Shown in pieces: positions 1 through 10,141 of a DNA stretch of 61,941 nucleotides (position 1 is its first letter; each line of letters opens with the position of its first letter). Source of the stretch: an uncultured Clostridia bacterium (GTDB lineage: Bacteria > Bacillota > Clostridia > TANB77 > CAG-508); the NCBI GenBank assembly GCA_963558405.1, contig CAUWGC010000011.1, positions 1-61,941 on the forward strand. The letters run 5' to 3'. The position numbers and the translations under genes are program-made. Below the pieces are notes generated by a model, which saw nothing but the letters and a program-made list of their open reading frames with translations, ran no database searches and was not told the DNA's origin.

Positions 1-7
1 TAAGCAT

Positions 8-274
8 TCATAATGCTTTCAAAGATTTTTTGGATTCAAAACTGTCAAACTCCCGTAATATTTTGTCACCTGTTTCTATTTTATCTTTTTTATTTAAAAT
101 AGCTATATCACCTTTTTTAAAATATGGTTCTACCTCATTGCTATCTATTATTATTAATGTAGAATTTCCAAATTCACTTACTTTGTAGTCATTATATGAT
201 AATAAACAAATGGTAACCAATACTGCTATAATTGCATATATTGCAAATACTACATTTCCAATAATTCTTTTCAT
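8..274 (-). CDS. Membrane-anchored hypothetical protein, signal peptidase I (SipW)-like N-terminal part, probably truncated
   Basis: AGGAGG RBS, N-terminal TM helix, then SNEVEPYFKKGDI and IETGDKI resembling S26 peptidase segments. Stops after only 88 aa; the last ~15 codons look foreign. Confidence 0.5.
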   Translation of the reverse strand: MKRIIGNVVFAIYAIIAVLVTICLLSYNDYKVSEFGNSTLIIIDSNEVEPYFKKGDIAILNKKDKIETGDKILREFDSFESKKSLKAL

Positions 275-412
275 AATTAATCCTCCTTGAATTTTTCTTT
301 TTTACACCAGAACTATATCATAACAACTTTTCTTTTTCAACTTTTTTTATACTTTTTCTTGATTTTTTTTGTTATAATGATATAATTAGACAAAATATTA
401 TGGAGGAAACAA

Positions 413-1324
413 ATGATTAAATTTTCTAATGAACAAAATCTAGCACAAGCTATAGAATCTGATTTGCAAATAATTAATTCTTATTTATTAATGCAAAACG
501 TTTTAGCAGAACAATTATCCTTGTTTATAAATAATAAAACAAATAAGATTAATTTAGATGTTGCAATAATTAACCTAAATCGTTTAAAACAAAATATATC
601 ATTGTTAAATAATTTGTTAGATGTTCTAGAAAATTTAAAACAAACTAGAGATTATTTAACTAATGAAGGTCTAAAAACATATATTGTAGATTATAATTCT
701 TTATTTTCAAACAATATTACTGTTGTTTTTTCTTATACATCTAATATAGAAAAATTTATAAATGAACTTTCATTAGAAATCAATACTATAGATAAAAATG
801 AATCTTGCAGTAATTTATTTTCTAATATAAATTCTAGTATTGCTTCTACCAATATTGTTTCAGAAGCATCTTATCATTCTTTATTAAATAACACTTTAGT
901 TATTTCTGAAACAAAAAAACAAGTTATACTTCCTTTTAATTTAGAAAATATTGAATTATATTATAAAAATAATTTGGAAAAATATTCTTCAATAGATGAT
1001 GTAATAAATAAATATTATACTTTTCCAATATCTCATTTTAAACCTTATTCTATTTCAAGATTTAAAGAAGCCTATAAACTTGTAAGAAAAAGAGCAAAAG
1101 GTTCTCATCTTAATGCTTTATCATTAGCTTTTGAGATGTTTGCAAATTATAATTTACATCCTGCAATTATAGCTTCATGTAAATCCTTAGATGATTTAGA
1201 TATTTATCTTTCTTGTTTAGAAGATAACGCTTTAGATGAATTTCGTATTTTTAATATAAAATATGAAATATGTCCTGTGGTATCTAAAAAGAATTGTAGT
1301 ACACAAAGTATCGAAGCATTATAA
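413..1324 (+). CDS. Hypothetical protein (coiled-coil N-terminus)
   Basis: 303-aa ORF with GGAGG RBS; no family recognised. Confidence 0.75.
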   Translation: MIKFSNEQNLAQAIESDLQIINSYLLMQNVLAEQLSLFINNKTNKINLDVAIINLNRLKQNISLLNNLLDVLENLKQTRDYLTNEGLKTYIVDYNSLFSNNITVVFSYTSNIEKFINELSLEINTIDKNESCSNLFSNINSSIASTNIVSEASYHSLLNNTLVISETKKQVILPFNLENIELYYKNNLEKYSSIDDVINKYYTFPISHFKPYSISRFKEAYKLVRKRAKGSHLNALSLAFEMFANYNLHPAIIASCKSLDDLDIYLSCLEDNALDEFRIFNIKYEICPVVSKKNCSTQSIEAL

Positions 1325-1455
1325 AATCTATAAACCATATATTTAAAATCACCTTTTAACACAATATTTTAGAATTATTCTTGTCATTTTTTGTCAAAAT
1401 ATGCTATAATATTGTTTGAAGACTTTTAGTCTCAATATTATTATGAGGTGATTTT

Positions 1456-1653
1456 ATGTTATTAGAATTCCGGTCAATTAAGGTAGAAGACTCAATGTAC
1501 ATTTCTTATTACAGCACTCCTGTTCTTATTATAGAAAGTGATGGTACTGTATTAGTACAACCCGGAGCTAATTATAACTTAGAAAGCAAATTAAAAGACT
1601 TTCTAAAATCAGAAGGAATATATTATAAACCTTTTGAAATTCCTCGTAGCTAA
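1456..1653 (+). CDS. Small hypothetical protein
   Basis: GAGGTG RBS, 65 aa, followed by a terminator. Contains an in-frame CGG at codon 6; alternative ATG at 1495. Confidence 0.55.
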   Translation: MLLEFRSIKVEDSMYISYYSTPVLIIESDGTVLVQPGANYNLESKLKDFLKSEGIYYKPFEIPRS

Positions 1654-1700
1654 AAAAAAAGACAATATTTTTGATTAACTCAAAAATATTGTCCTTTTTT
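1654..1700. terminator. Bidirectional intrinsic terminator
   Basis: GACAATATTTTTGA/TCAAAAATATTGTC stem with A and T tails between convergent genes. Confidence 0.8.
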
Positions 1701-1727
1701 ATTTATATAATAAAATATTAGTTATTC

Positions 1728-2039
1728 TTATTTAAGCATACTTATAATTTCTTCTTTAGCTCTTACCCCTACAGTAGAAGCTACTGGTATTCCATTTTTT
1801 ATTACTATAAAAGTAGGTATACTCATAATTCCATATTGTGATGCTAAGTTTGGTTCTTCATCTATATTTACTTTTCCAACTTTAACAGTTGTTCCTAATT
1901 CTTGTGCAATTTCTTCTACAACAGGTCCCATCATTTTACATGGTCCGCACCATTCTGCCCAAAAATCTATTAATACAGGAACATTTGAGTTTGTTACCTC
2001 CTCTTTAAAATTTTGACTTGTTATTTTTAATACTGACAT
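1728..2039 (-). CDS. trxA: Thioredoxin
   Basis: WCGPC motif, 103 aa. Confidence 0.97.
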   Translation of the reverse strand: MSVLKITSQNFKEEVTNSNVPVLIDFWAEWCGPCKMMGPVVEEIAQELGTTVKVGKVNIDEEPNLASQYGIMSIPTFIVIKNGIPVASTVGVRAKEEIISMLK

Positions 2040-2055
2040 ATAAGTATTCTCCTTT

Positions 2056-3261
2056 CTATTCTTTTATTTTTTGTATTTCCTTTTTAAGGATTTCTTCTGA
2101 TAACATTCCTTTATATCCTATCTCTATTTCTCCTTTTTTATTTATAAAAATAGTTGTAGGCAAAGAATATATTCCATATTGATATCCTACTTCTTCTTTT
2201 ATATCATAATATACTGGAAATTGGAAGTTATTTTCTTTAATAAATTTTTTTGCTTTATCAACTGTTTCTGATACTCCATCTGTTGCATTTATCATCATAA
2301 ATACAACTTCGTCTTTTTCTTCTTCATATACCTTATTAAATGTTGGCATTTCCTTTACACAATAACCGCACCATGTTGCCCAATAATTAATAACAATAGG
2401 TTTTCCTATATAATCTTCTAATTTTACTTCATTGTTATTTTCGTCATATACAGTAAAATTAATAGCTTTTATTTTTGCATCTTCCTTGCTAACCTCTTCA
2501 TCTGTTTTATTTTCCGCTTCTATCACATTCTCCTCTTTTACTTCATTTTGTTCTACAATATTTGTATTTTGAATATTATTCTTTTCTTTATTATATTCTT
2601 TTTCTAAATATTTATAACCTTGAAATAATAGGAAAAATCCCATTATTAGTAAAATTATTCCAGATATAATATTTACTACTTTATAGTGATTTTTTATAAA
2701 AGAGAATGCTCCTTTTAATTTTTCTATTAATACAGCACTTATAATAAAAGGTATTCCTAATCCAATAGAATATAGTAATAATAATAAAATTCCTTTTACT
2801 ATTTCACCTTGAGTAGCTACTATCATTAAAGCAGAGCCTAAAAATGCTCCTACACATGGAGTCCATCCTATTGAAAATACTATACCAAACAAAATGGATT
2901 TTAAAAAATTAATATTATTTAGTTTAATATCCATTTTATTTGTTCTGTTTAAAAATGGTATTTTGATAATTTCCATAAATTGAAGTCCAAATATAATAAT
3001 TAAAACTCCAAAAATTACAGATATAATACCTTTATAATCATTTAATACTGTACCTAAAGTACTTGCAAATGCTCCTAATAGTACAAATACAATTGTAAAT
3101 CCTATTACAAATCCTATAGAGTTTATGATTGCTCTATTATTTTTTTCTTTTTCTATTCCACTTTGTCCTGCAAAGTATGAAATATATATTGGTAATAACG
3201 GCAATATACATGGTGATATAAAAGTCATAATACCTTCTAAAAAAGTTAGCACATACTCCAT
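2056..3261 (-). CDS. CcdA-type disulfide transporter fused to a TlpA/ResA-like redoxin
   Basis: SPCILP and WTPCVG motifs in the TM domain; C-terminal WATWCGYC. Confidence 0.9.
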   Translation of the reverse strand: MEYVLTFLEGIMTFISPCILPLLPIYISYFAGQSGIEKEKNNRAIINSIGFVIGFTIVFVLLGAFASTLGTVLNDYKGIISVIFGVLIIIFGLQFMEIIKIPFLNRTNKMDIKLNNINFLKSILFGIVFSIGWTPCVGAFLGSALMIVATQGEIVKGILLLLLYSIGLGIPFIISAVLIEKLKGAFSFIKNHYKVVNIISGIILLIMGFFLLFQGYKYLEKEYNKEKNNIQNTNIVEQNEVKEENVIEAENKTDEEVSKEDAKIKAINFTVYDENNNEVKLEDYIGKPIVINYWATWCGYCVKEMPTFNKVYEEEKDEVVFMMINATDGVSETVDKAKKFIKENNFQFPVYYDIKEEVGYQYGIYSLPTTIFINKKGEIEIGYKGMLSEEILKKEIQKIKE

Positions 3262-4125
3262 TTATTTTTTACTCCTTACATATGATATAGCTTCTATACC
3301 TGCTTTTGCTCCTTCATCTACTGCTTTTGCAACTTGCAATAATCCTCCTGTACAATCTCCACAAGCAAAAAGTCCTGGTACAGTTGTTGCCATTTTTTCA
3401 TTTACAACAATATTTTTTCCTTCTACCCTCGCTCCTATCTTTTTAGCTAAGTCACTACTAGAAGCTGTTCCTATTGCAATAAAAACTCCATCAACTTTAA
3501 TTTTTGTATTATCATTAAAAGTAATTTCTTCTACTTTATTTTCTCCTCTTATTTCTCTTACTTCTTTTTCTACTACATTAATATTTTCTGAACGATTTTC
3601 TACTAAACATGGTTTTCCATCTGTTATCATTGTAGCTTTTGCTACAACTGGGACTAATTCATTAAGTTCATGCATTGCATATTCTCCATTTCCTATTACA
3701 GCAACTTCTTTTCCTCTATAAAAAAATGAATCACATACAGCACAATAGCTAACACCTTTTCCTTCAAATTCTTTTATTCCTTTTATAGGTGGTGTAGTTC
3801 TTTCTGTACCTGTTGCTAATATAACTGACTTAGCTTCATAAGAATTATTTACAGTTTTTACTATAAAAAAGTTATTCCAGTTTATACTAACTACTTCTTC
3901 ATCATAAATTTCTGCTCCTAATCTTTTAGCTTGCTCAATACCTATTTTAGCAAGTTCTTTTCCACTTATAGGATTTTGTATTCCATAATAGTTTTCTATC
4001 TTTTCTGCTTTTTCTAAAGCACCTAATCCTTTACCTATTACTAAGCATTTCATTCCTGCTCTTGCTACATATAAACTAGCGCTAATTCCTGCTGGTCCTT
4101 TTCCTATAATAATTACATCGTACAT
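3262..4125 (-). CDS. trxB: Thioredoxin reductase-like FAD oxidoreductase
   Basis: GKGPAG, GVSYCAVCD and GLFACGD motifs. Confidence 0.88.
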   Translation of the reverse strand: MYDVIIIGKGPAGISASLYVARAGMKCLVIGKGLGALEKAEKIENYYGIQNPISGKELAKIGIEQAKRLGAEIYDEEVVSINWNNFFIVKTVNNSYEAKSVILATGTERTTPPIKGIKEFEGKGVSYCAVCDSFFYRGKEVAVIGNGEYAMHELNELVPVVAKATMITDGKPCLVENRSENINVVEKEVREIRGENKVEEITFNDNTKIKVDGVFIAIGTASSSDLAKKIGARVEGKNIVVNEKMATTVPGLFACGDCTGGLLQVAKAVDEGAKAGIEAISYVRSKK

Positions 4126-4126
4126 T

Positions 4127-5008
4127 TTAATCTTCCTCCTTTTTGTTAAAGCGTGTTATAAAGCCACAAGTTCTACAAAGTGGTTCTACTAGTTTATGTG
4201 CTTCAAATCCTTGTTTTATTTTTTTGGCTTTTTCTGTGTTTAAAATTTCTTCAATAGTTTGATTTTTTATATTTCCCAAAACAATATCTCCATTTTGATC
4301 TAAGCAACATGGAACTACATCTCCATTTACTAAAATACCAATTTGATTACGAAGTCCAAAACATTTTCCTTTTGTTAATATTGTTTTACCATCCAAACTT
4401 GGCCATATAAATTCTTTATCTTGGTTTAAATATACACTACTATCTAATTTTACCCATTTATTCTTTTTAGCTATATCATATAAATCCAGTATTTTGTATT
4501 CATTTGCAAGTGCATTTAATATTATTTTATTATGCTCATTATTTTTATATTCTTCTAAATTCCATAAACGATATGAAATTAAAATTTCCGTATATTTTCT
4601 AATTTCTCTTACACAAGAAATTACTTCTTTTAAATATTCCTCTTTATTATATACTTCTTTATTTTGTTCTATACTATGTAAAGATAAGTTCATTTGTTTT
4701 ATACAAGAAACATTTAAAATGGTTTCTAAATTCTTTTTTAATAATGTACTGTTTGTTGTAATAGTTACATCTATTTTTTCTTGTTCACAACTTTCTAAAA
4801 TCTCTTTTATATTTGGATGTAATAATGGTTCTCCTTTTATATGTAAATATATTCTATCTGTATATGGTTTGATTTTTTTTAGTATATTTTTAAAATCTTC
4901 TATACCCATAAATTCAGGTTTTCTTTTGGTTGGGGTACAAAAAGAACATTTTAAATTACATACATTGGTTATTTCTATATATATTTTTCCAAATTGTTTT
5001 GTTTTCAT
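4127..5008 (-). CDS. Radical SAM protein with SPASM/twitch domain
   Basis: CNLKCSFC, GEPLL, C-terminal VPCCLD and CRTC. Confidence 0.92.
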   Translation of the reverse strand: MKTKQFGKIYIEITNVCNLKCSFCTPTKRKPEFMGIEDFKNILKKIKPYTDRIYLHIKGEPLLHPNIKEILESCEQEKIDVTITTNSTLLKKNLETILNVSCIKQMNLSLHSIEQNKEVYNKEEYLKEVISCVREIRKYTEILISYRLWNLEEYKNNEHNKIILNALANEYKILDLYDIAKKNKWVKLDSSVYLNQDKEFIWPSLDGKTILTKGKCFGLRNQIGILVNGDVVPCCLDQNGDIVLGNIKNQTIEEILNTEKAKKIKQGFEAHKLVEPLCRTCGFITRFNKKEED

Positions 5009-5024
5009 TTTATTTCCTTTTCTT

Positions 5025-5933
5025 TTATTTTTCTTGCTTTAAAATAGTTTCAAATGTTTCAAATATATATCCATTTTCTCTCAGATACTGTACTATCTCT
5101 GGTAGTATTTCATATGTTAATATTTTATCTCCTGCATCATGCATTAAAATAACTACTGTATTTTTTCCATTTACAGTTTCTTTTAATTTATTTAACATTT
5201 CTTCTTTTGTTGGAGTTCCTACAGAATCATTTGTAAGTGCATTCCAATTGATATGTGCAACACCTTTACTTTCTAGCATTTCTACTGCTTGTTGTTTTAA
5301 ATCATGATAATACCCTCCAATAGATCCTCCTGGAAATCTAAATAAGTTAGTATGATAATTTGGATTTTCTAAAGCATTTTGAATTGCTTTTTCTGTTTGC
5401 TCATATTCTTGCCATACAGAGTCTATAGAAGAATAAATACTACTATATTTATGAGAATAACCATGGTTTGCAATTAAATGTCCTTCTTGAAGCTGTCTTT
5501 TTACTATTTCTGGATATCTTTCTACACGATTTCCTAAAAGAAAAAAAGTAGCATGAATTTTTTCTTGTTTTAAATAATCTAATATAAATGGTGTAACGGA
5601 ATTTGAAGGACCATCATCAAAAGTAAGATATGCTACTTTTTTTCCTTCTTCTCCATTATAAATTTTATTTATTTTTTCAATTTGTTCTGATGTAAGAGGA
5701 TAATTTATATTAACTTCCTCTTGTGTATCTGTATTTAGAACATCTTGTGTATTTTGATTTTTTTCTTCATTGTTTATATTACTTACAGTATTTGCATTTG
5801 TATATTTTACATTTATTACCCCGTAATACAAAAAAAGAGAGAGTGAAATGATAAGTATTAGTATATCAAATATAATAATTTTTCTGCTATTTTTAGGTCT
5901 AAATTCTTTAATATCATATTCGTACTGTATCAT
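5025..5933 (-). CDS. Polysaccharide (peptidoglycan) deacetylase, CE4
   Basis: LTFDDGP, NHGYSH, FRFPGG, ILMHD; N-terminal TM. Confidence 0.93.
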   Translation of the reverse strand: MIQYEYDIKEFRPKNSRKIIIFDILILIISLSLFLYYGVINVKYTNANTVSNINNEEKNQNTQDVLNTDTQEEVNINYPLTSEQIEKINKIYNGEEGKKVAYLTFDDGPSNSVTPFILDYLKQEKIHATFFLLGNRVERYPEIVKRQLQEGHLIANHGYSHKYSSIYSSIDSVWQEYEQTEKAIQNALENPNYHTNLFRFPGGSIGGYYHDLKQQAVEMLESKGVAHINWNALTNDSVGTPTKEEMLNKLKETVNGKNTVVILMHDAGDKILTYEILPEIVQYLRENGYIFETFETILKQEK

Positions 5934-6004
5934 TTTACTCTCCCCTCTCCTTTAATTTACCATTTAATTATATACTATTTTGTATTAGAAAGGAAGTCTT
6001 ATTT

Positions 6005-8731
6005 TTATTCTCTTTCCTCTTTTGTAGAATTTATTTTTAATAATTTCATAATTTCTACTATAAGGATTGGTGCAAACACTAATAATAAAATCTCCAAAAT
6101 ATTTTCAGTTGGTAATATTGGTATACTAAATATTCCTCTTAATGCTGGTATTAATAAGATAATAAGCATTAATCCTGCTGAAACTAATGTAGCTAATACT
6201 AATTTACTATTATTAAATATTTTTGTTTTAAAAATAGATTGATTTTTATTTCTTATGTTATATACATGCACTAATTCTGAAAATGCAAGTGTAACAAAAG
6301 CCATTGTTTGACCAACTTCTATTTTACTTTCTTCTAATGTTAAACCATCTATTGCTTTATTTGTTGTTCCTAATCCTATCATAAAAGCAGCCAAAGTAAG
6401 TAATCCAATCATAACACCTTGATATATAATTCTCCATGTCATGCCTTTTGTAAATACACCTTTTCCTGATTTTATTGGTTTTCTATTCATAACATTTTTG
6501 TCTGCTGGATCAAATGCTAATGCCAATGCTGGTAAAGAGTCTGTAACTAAGTTAATCCATAAAATATGCATTGGAAGTAGTACTTCTATATGTGCAATAT
6601 CTACTAAACCAAACCACTTAGCAAATAATGGAGTTAACATTGTAGCAAGAAATAATACAACAATTTCTCCAACATTACTAGAAAGTAAAAATTGAATTGC
6701 TTTTAAAATGTTGTCATATATTCTTCTTCCTTCTTCTACTGCTGAAACTACAGTTGCAAAATTGTCATCTGTTAATATAACATCTGCTGCTTCTTTTGCC
6801 ACATCTGTTCCTACTATTCCCATGGCACAACCAATATCTGCTTTTTTTAGGGCTGGACTGTCATTTACTCCATCACCAGTCATAGCAACAACTTCTCCAT
6901 TTTTTTGCCATGCACTTACAATTCTTACTTTATGTTCTGGTGAAACTCTAGCATAAACACTATATTTTCTAATGTTTTTTTCTAGATCTTCATCAGACAT
7001 TTTTTCTAGTTCTAATCCTGTAATTGCTTCATCTTCATTTTCTAAAATTCCTAATTGCTTAGCAATAGCTGTTGCTGTTATTTTATGATCTCCTGTTATC
7101 ATTACAGTTTTTATTCCTGCTGTTTTACATTTTTCTACAGCTCTTTTTGCTTCTTCTCTTGGAGGATCAATCATTCCAACCATTCCAATAAATATTAAAT
7201 TTTGTTCCATAATTTTCATTTCTTCTTTGCTTGGTTTATGGTCTAATATTTTATATCCGCAAGCAAGGACTCTTAAAGCATTTTGTGCCATTATTTTATT
7301 TTGTATTTCTATCTCTTTTTTATACTCTTGTAAGTTGTCTTTTACTTCTCCTTCAAATAAATAACTTTTACAAATTTTAAGTAGTTCATCCATTCCACCT
7401 TTTGTATATACAATGTATTTTCCGTCAAATTCATGTACTGTTGTCATTAATTTTCTATCTGAATCAAAAGGAATTTCTTCTACTCTAGGCATTGTTTTGT
7501 ATATATTTTCATCATATTTTAAATAGAATCCCATATCAATTAGTGCTGTTTCTGTAGGATCTCCTGTTAATGTATGGTCTGGTGCTATTTTTGTATCATT
7601 ACATAACATATTGGCTTGCACTAATTTTTTTAGTTCTTCTTCTTGCTCTGTAATATCTTTTAAGTTTAATAATTTACCATTATAAAATACTTTTTCTACT
7701 GTCATTTTATTTTGTGTTAAAGTTCCTGTTTTATCTGAACATATAACAGTTGCACTTCCTAAAGTTTCTACTGCTGGTAATTTTTTAACAATAGCATTTT
7801 TCTTTACCATTCTTTGTACCCCTATTGCTAAAACAATAGTAGATACTGCAGCCAATCCTTCAGGAATAGCTGCTACTGCTAAGCTAACAGCTGTCATGAA
7901 CATATTTATAACTGGCTTTCCTTGTAGTAATCCTGCTATAAATATTACTACACAAATAACAATAGCAACTATACCTAATGTTTTTCCTAACTTATTTAGT
8001 TTTATTTGTAATGGTGTTTGTTGCTCTACAGTGTCAGTAATCATATTAGCAATTTTTCCTACTTCTGTATTCATTCCTGTTGCAACTACAATTCCTTTTC
8101 CTCTACCATATGTTATTAAACTAGAAGAAAATACCATATTAGTTCTATCACCAATTCCAATTTCTTCGCCTTCTAATTTATCTATTGATTTTTCTACTGG
8201 TACAGATTCTCCTGTAAGAGAAGCTTCTTGTGATTTTAAATTAATTGCTTCTATTAACCTTAAATCTGCTGGTACATAATCTCCTGTATCTAATACTACA
8301 ATATCTCCTGGAACTAATTCTTTGGATGGAATAACCAAAATTTTACCATCACGCATTACCTTAGAAGCATGGTCGCTTAATTTTTGTAATGCTTCTAATG
8401 ATTTTTCTGCTTTATTTTCTTGAACTACACCAATAATTGCATTTAAAATTACTACTATTAAAATAATAATAGAATCAGTTATTCCTTCTCCTTGCATTAC
8501 TCCAACAATACCAGAAACAATGGCTGCAATAATCAATATAATAATCATAAAGTCCTTAAATTGTTCTAAAAATTTCTGAAAAGTAGATTTTTTTGCCTTA
8601 GCTTTTAGTTCATTCATTCCATATTTTTGTCTTTTCTCCTCAATTTGAGCTTCTTTTAAACCAAACTCCAAATTTGTGTCAAGCTCTTTTTCAGTTTGTT
8701 CTACTGATTTGTTAAACCAATTTTCTTTCAA
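6005..8731 (-). CDS. Ca2+/Mn2+-translocating P-type ATPase (P2A)
   Basis: TGES, IPEGL, DKTGTLT and MTGDGVND motifs. Start moved to TTG 8731 (AAGGAAG RBS) because the ORF extension overlaps the riboswitch. Confidence 0.95.
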   Translation of the reverse strand: MKENWFNKSVEQTEKELDTNLEFGLKEAQIEEKRQKYGMNELKAKAKKSTFQKFLEQFKDFMIIILIIAAIVSGIVGVMQGEGITDSIIILIVVILNAIIGVVQENKAEKSLEALQKLSDHASKVMRDGKILVIPSKELVPGDIVVLDTGDYVPADLRLIEAINLKSQEASLTGESVPVEKSIDKLEGEEIGIGDRTNMVFSSSLITYGRGKGIVVATGMNTEVGKIANMITDTVEQQTPLQIKLNKLGKTLGIVAIVICVVIFIAGLLQGKPVINMFMTAVSLAVAAIPEGLAAVSTIVLAIGVQRMVKKNAIVKKLPAVETLGSATVICSDKTGTLTQNKMTVEKVFYNGKLLNLKDITEQEEELKKLVQANMLCNDTKIAPDHTLTGDPTETALIDMGFYLKYDENIYKTMPRVEEIPFDSDRKLMTTVHEFDGKYIVYTKGGMDELLKICKSYLFEGEVKDNLQEYKKEIEIQNKIMAQNALRVLACGYKILDHKPSKEEMKIMEQNLIFIGMVGMIDPPREEAKRAVEKCKTAGIKTVMITGDHKITATAIAKQLGILENEDEAITGLELEKMSDEDLEKNIRKYSVYARVSPEHKVRIVSAWQKNGEVVAMTGDGVNDSPALKKADIGCAMGIVGTDVAKEAADVILTDDNFATVVSAVEEGRRIYDNILKAIQFLLSSNVGEIVVLFLATMLTPLFAKWFGLVDIAHIEVLLPMHILWINLVTDSLPALALAFDPADKNVMNRKPIKSGKGVFTKGMTWRIIYQGVMIGLLTLAAFMIGLGTTNKAIDGLTLEESKIEVGQTMAFVTLAFSELVHVYNIRNKNQSIFKTKIFNNSKLVLATLVSAGLMLIILLIPALRGIFSIPILPTENILEILLLVFAPILIVEIMKLLKINSTKEERE

Positions 8732-8767
8732 TTTATATCTTCCTTTCTTATTACTTATATTATGTAC

Positions 8768-8896
8768 CAAAAAAAGACTTTTAAAGAAACTTTTTTGGTT
8801 AAAAGTCTCTTTAAAAGTCTTGCTAAGCATTTAGCCTGCTGGCCAGATAAAATATCGAGTATGTTGACCAACAATTTATAGCTACTCCCTTTTAAA
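8768..8896 (-). promoter_or_regulatory. yybP-ykoY (Mn2+) riboswitch with downstream terminator
   Basis: Minus strand AAGGGAGTAGC...GTCAACATAC...GGC...AGCAAGACTT matches the family hallmarks. It is followed by a GACTTTTAA...TTAAAAGTC-TTTTTTT hairpin and sits upstream of a P-type ATPase, the usual target. Confidence 0.85.
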
Positions 8897-8931
8897 GGCA
8901 TGTATAATTTTTAATTATACTATTATATATT

Positions 8932-9006
8932 TGGTGACCCCTACGGGAATCGAACCCATGATTCGGCCTTGAGAGGGCCGCGTCTTAACCGCTTGACCAA
9001 GGGGCC
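8932..9006 (-). tRNA. tRNA-Glu (anticodon CTC)
   Basis: GGCCCCT acceptor stem, CGGCC-CTCTCAA-GGCCG anticodon arm, GGTTCGATTCC T-arm, encoded CCA. Confidence 0.96.
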
Positions 9007-9085
9007 TTTTTAAATACTTTATAAGTCTATCACATTTATACAAAAATAGCAAGAAAAATATATAATTTTTTTCTTGCTATTTTAT

Positions 9086-9655
9086 CTACTTATGTAATAA
9101 CTCATATTCCCTATTAATTATTGTCATTATAATTTGTACTGTTTTTTCTAAGTCATCGTTTTTTAGTACATAATCATATAATCCTATTTTAGATTCTTCG
9201 TAATCAAAACGGTTTAATCTAAGTTGTATTTCCTTTATGCTAGGCTTATCAATACGATTTTCTAATCTCTTTTGCAATTCTTCTTTTGGAACACGTAAAA
9301 AGATAGTTACTATTTTTACATCATTTGCTAGTATCTTTTTTAAATTTTCTGTTCCATTAACATCCATATCTTTTACAATTATTTTTCCGCTTTCGATTTT
9401 TTGTTTCATTAATGTTTTTGATGTGCCATAATAATGTTCATGGTGAACATCATATTCGTATAGTTCACCATTTTTTATCATTTTTTCAAATTCCTCTGTA
9501 GAAACAAAATTATATACTTCGCCTGCTACTTCTCCTGGTCTTATATCTCTATCGGTATAAGAAGGAAGAGATTCTATATTTGAAACCCTTTTTATTAATT
9601 CTTTTTTTATTGTATCTTTTCCAGCTCCTGATACACCAGATAATAAAACTAACAT
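9086..9655 (-). CDS. gmk: Guanylate kinase
   Basis: GVSGAGKDT, RPGE, YYGT; next to rpoZ. Confidence 0.92.
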   Translation of the reverse strand: MLVLLSGVSGAGKDTIKKELIKRVSNIESLPSYTDRDIRPGEVAGEVYNFVSTEEFEKMIKNGELYEYDVHHEHYYGTSKTLMKQKIESGKIIVKDMDVNGTENLKKILANDVKIVTIFLRVPKEELQKRLENRIDKPSIKEIQLRLNRFDYEESKIGLYDYVLKNDDLEKTVQIIMTIINREYELLHK

Positions 9656-9840
9656 ACTATATATACCTTTCCTTCTGATATCTCATTAGCAGCAAGTGTT
9701 ACTGGTGACTGCTCATCTACATTTGTATAAACATTATCTCCTTGTGCTATTTGTCTTGCTCTTCTTGCTGTCATAATAACTAACTCAAAACGATTATTAG
9801 CTTTTGTTAATAATTCTGTAACTGTTGGCTTTACAATCAT
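9649..9840 (-). CDS. rpoZ: RNA polymerase omega subunit
   Basis: NRFELVIMTARRARQI motif. Confidence 0.93.
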   Translation of the reverse strand: MIVKPTVTELLTKANNRFELVIMTARRARQIAQGDNVYTNVDEQSPVTLAANEISEGKVYIVC

Positions 9841-9860
9841 TATTATCCCTCTTTCCTTTT

Positions 9861-10121
9861 TTATTTATTATCTTGTTCTTCTACCATGTCTTTATCCATT
9901 CTTCCAGCTACTGTTTCTGGTTGTACTGCAGATAAAATAACATGACCTGAATCCATAATAATTACAGCTCTAGTACGTCTTCCATAAGTTGCATCTACTG
10001 CCATTCCTTTATCTTTTGCATCTTGTACTATTCTTTTTATAGGTGCTGATTCTGGACTTACAATAGAAATAATTCTATTAGCTGAAACGATATTTCCAAA
10101 TCCAATATTAATTAGTTGCAT
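9861..10121 (-). CDS. remA: RemA/DUF370 regulator
   Basis: LINIGFGN...[12 protein letters not shown]. Confidence 0.95.
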   Translation of the reverse strand: MQLINIGFGNIVSANRIISIVSPESAPIKRIVQDAKDKGMAVDATYGRRTRAVIIMDSGHVILSAVQPETVAGRMDKDMVEEQDNK

Positions 10122-10141
10122 ATTTCTTCATCCTTTCTTAT

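Noticed and set aside
8732-8830. N-terminal extension of the P-type ATPase
   Set aside because: It overlaps the riboswitch terminator; TTG at 8731 has an RBS.
8932-9006. This tRNA as the frameshift-suppressor tRNA
   Set aside because: It has a normal 7-nt anticodon loop and a Glu(CTC) anticodon.
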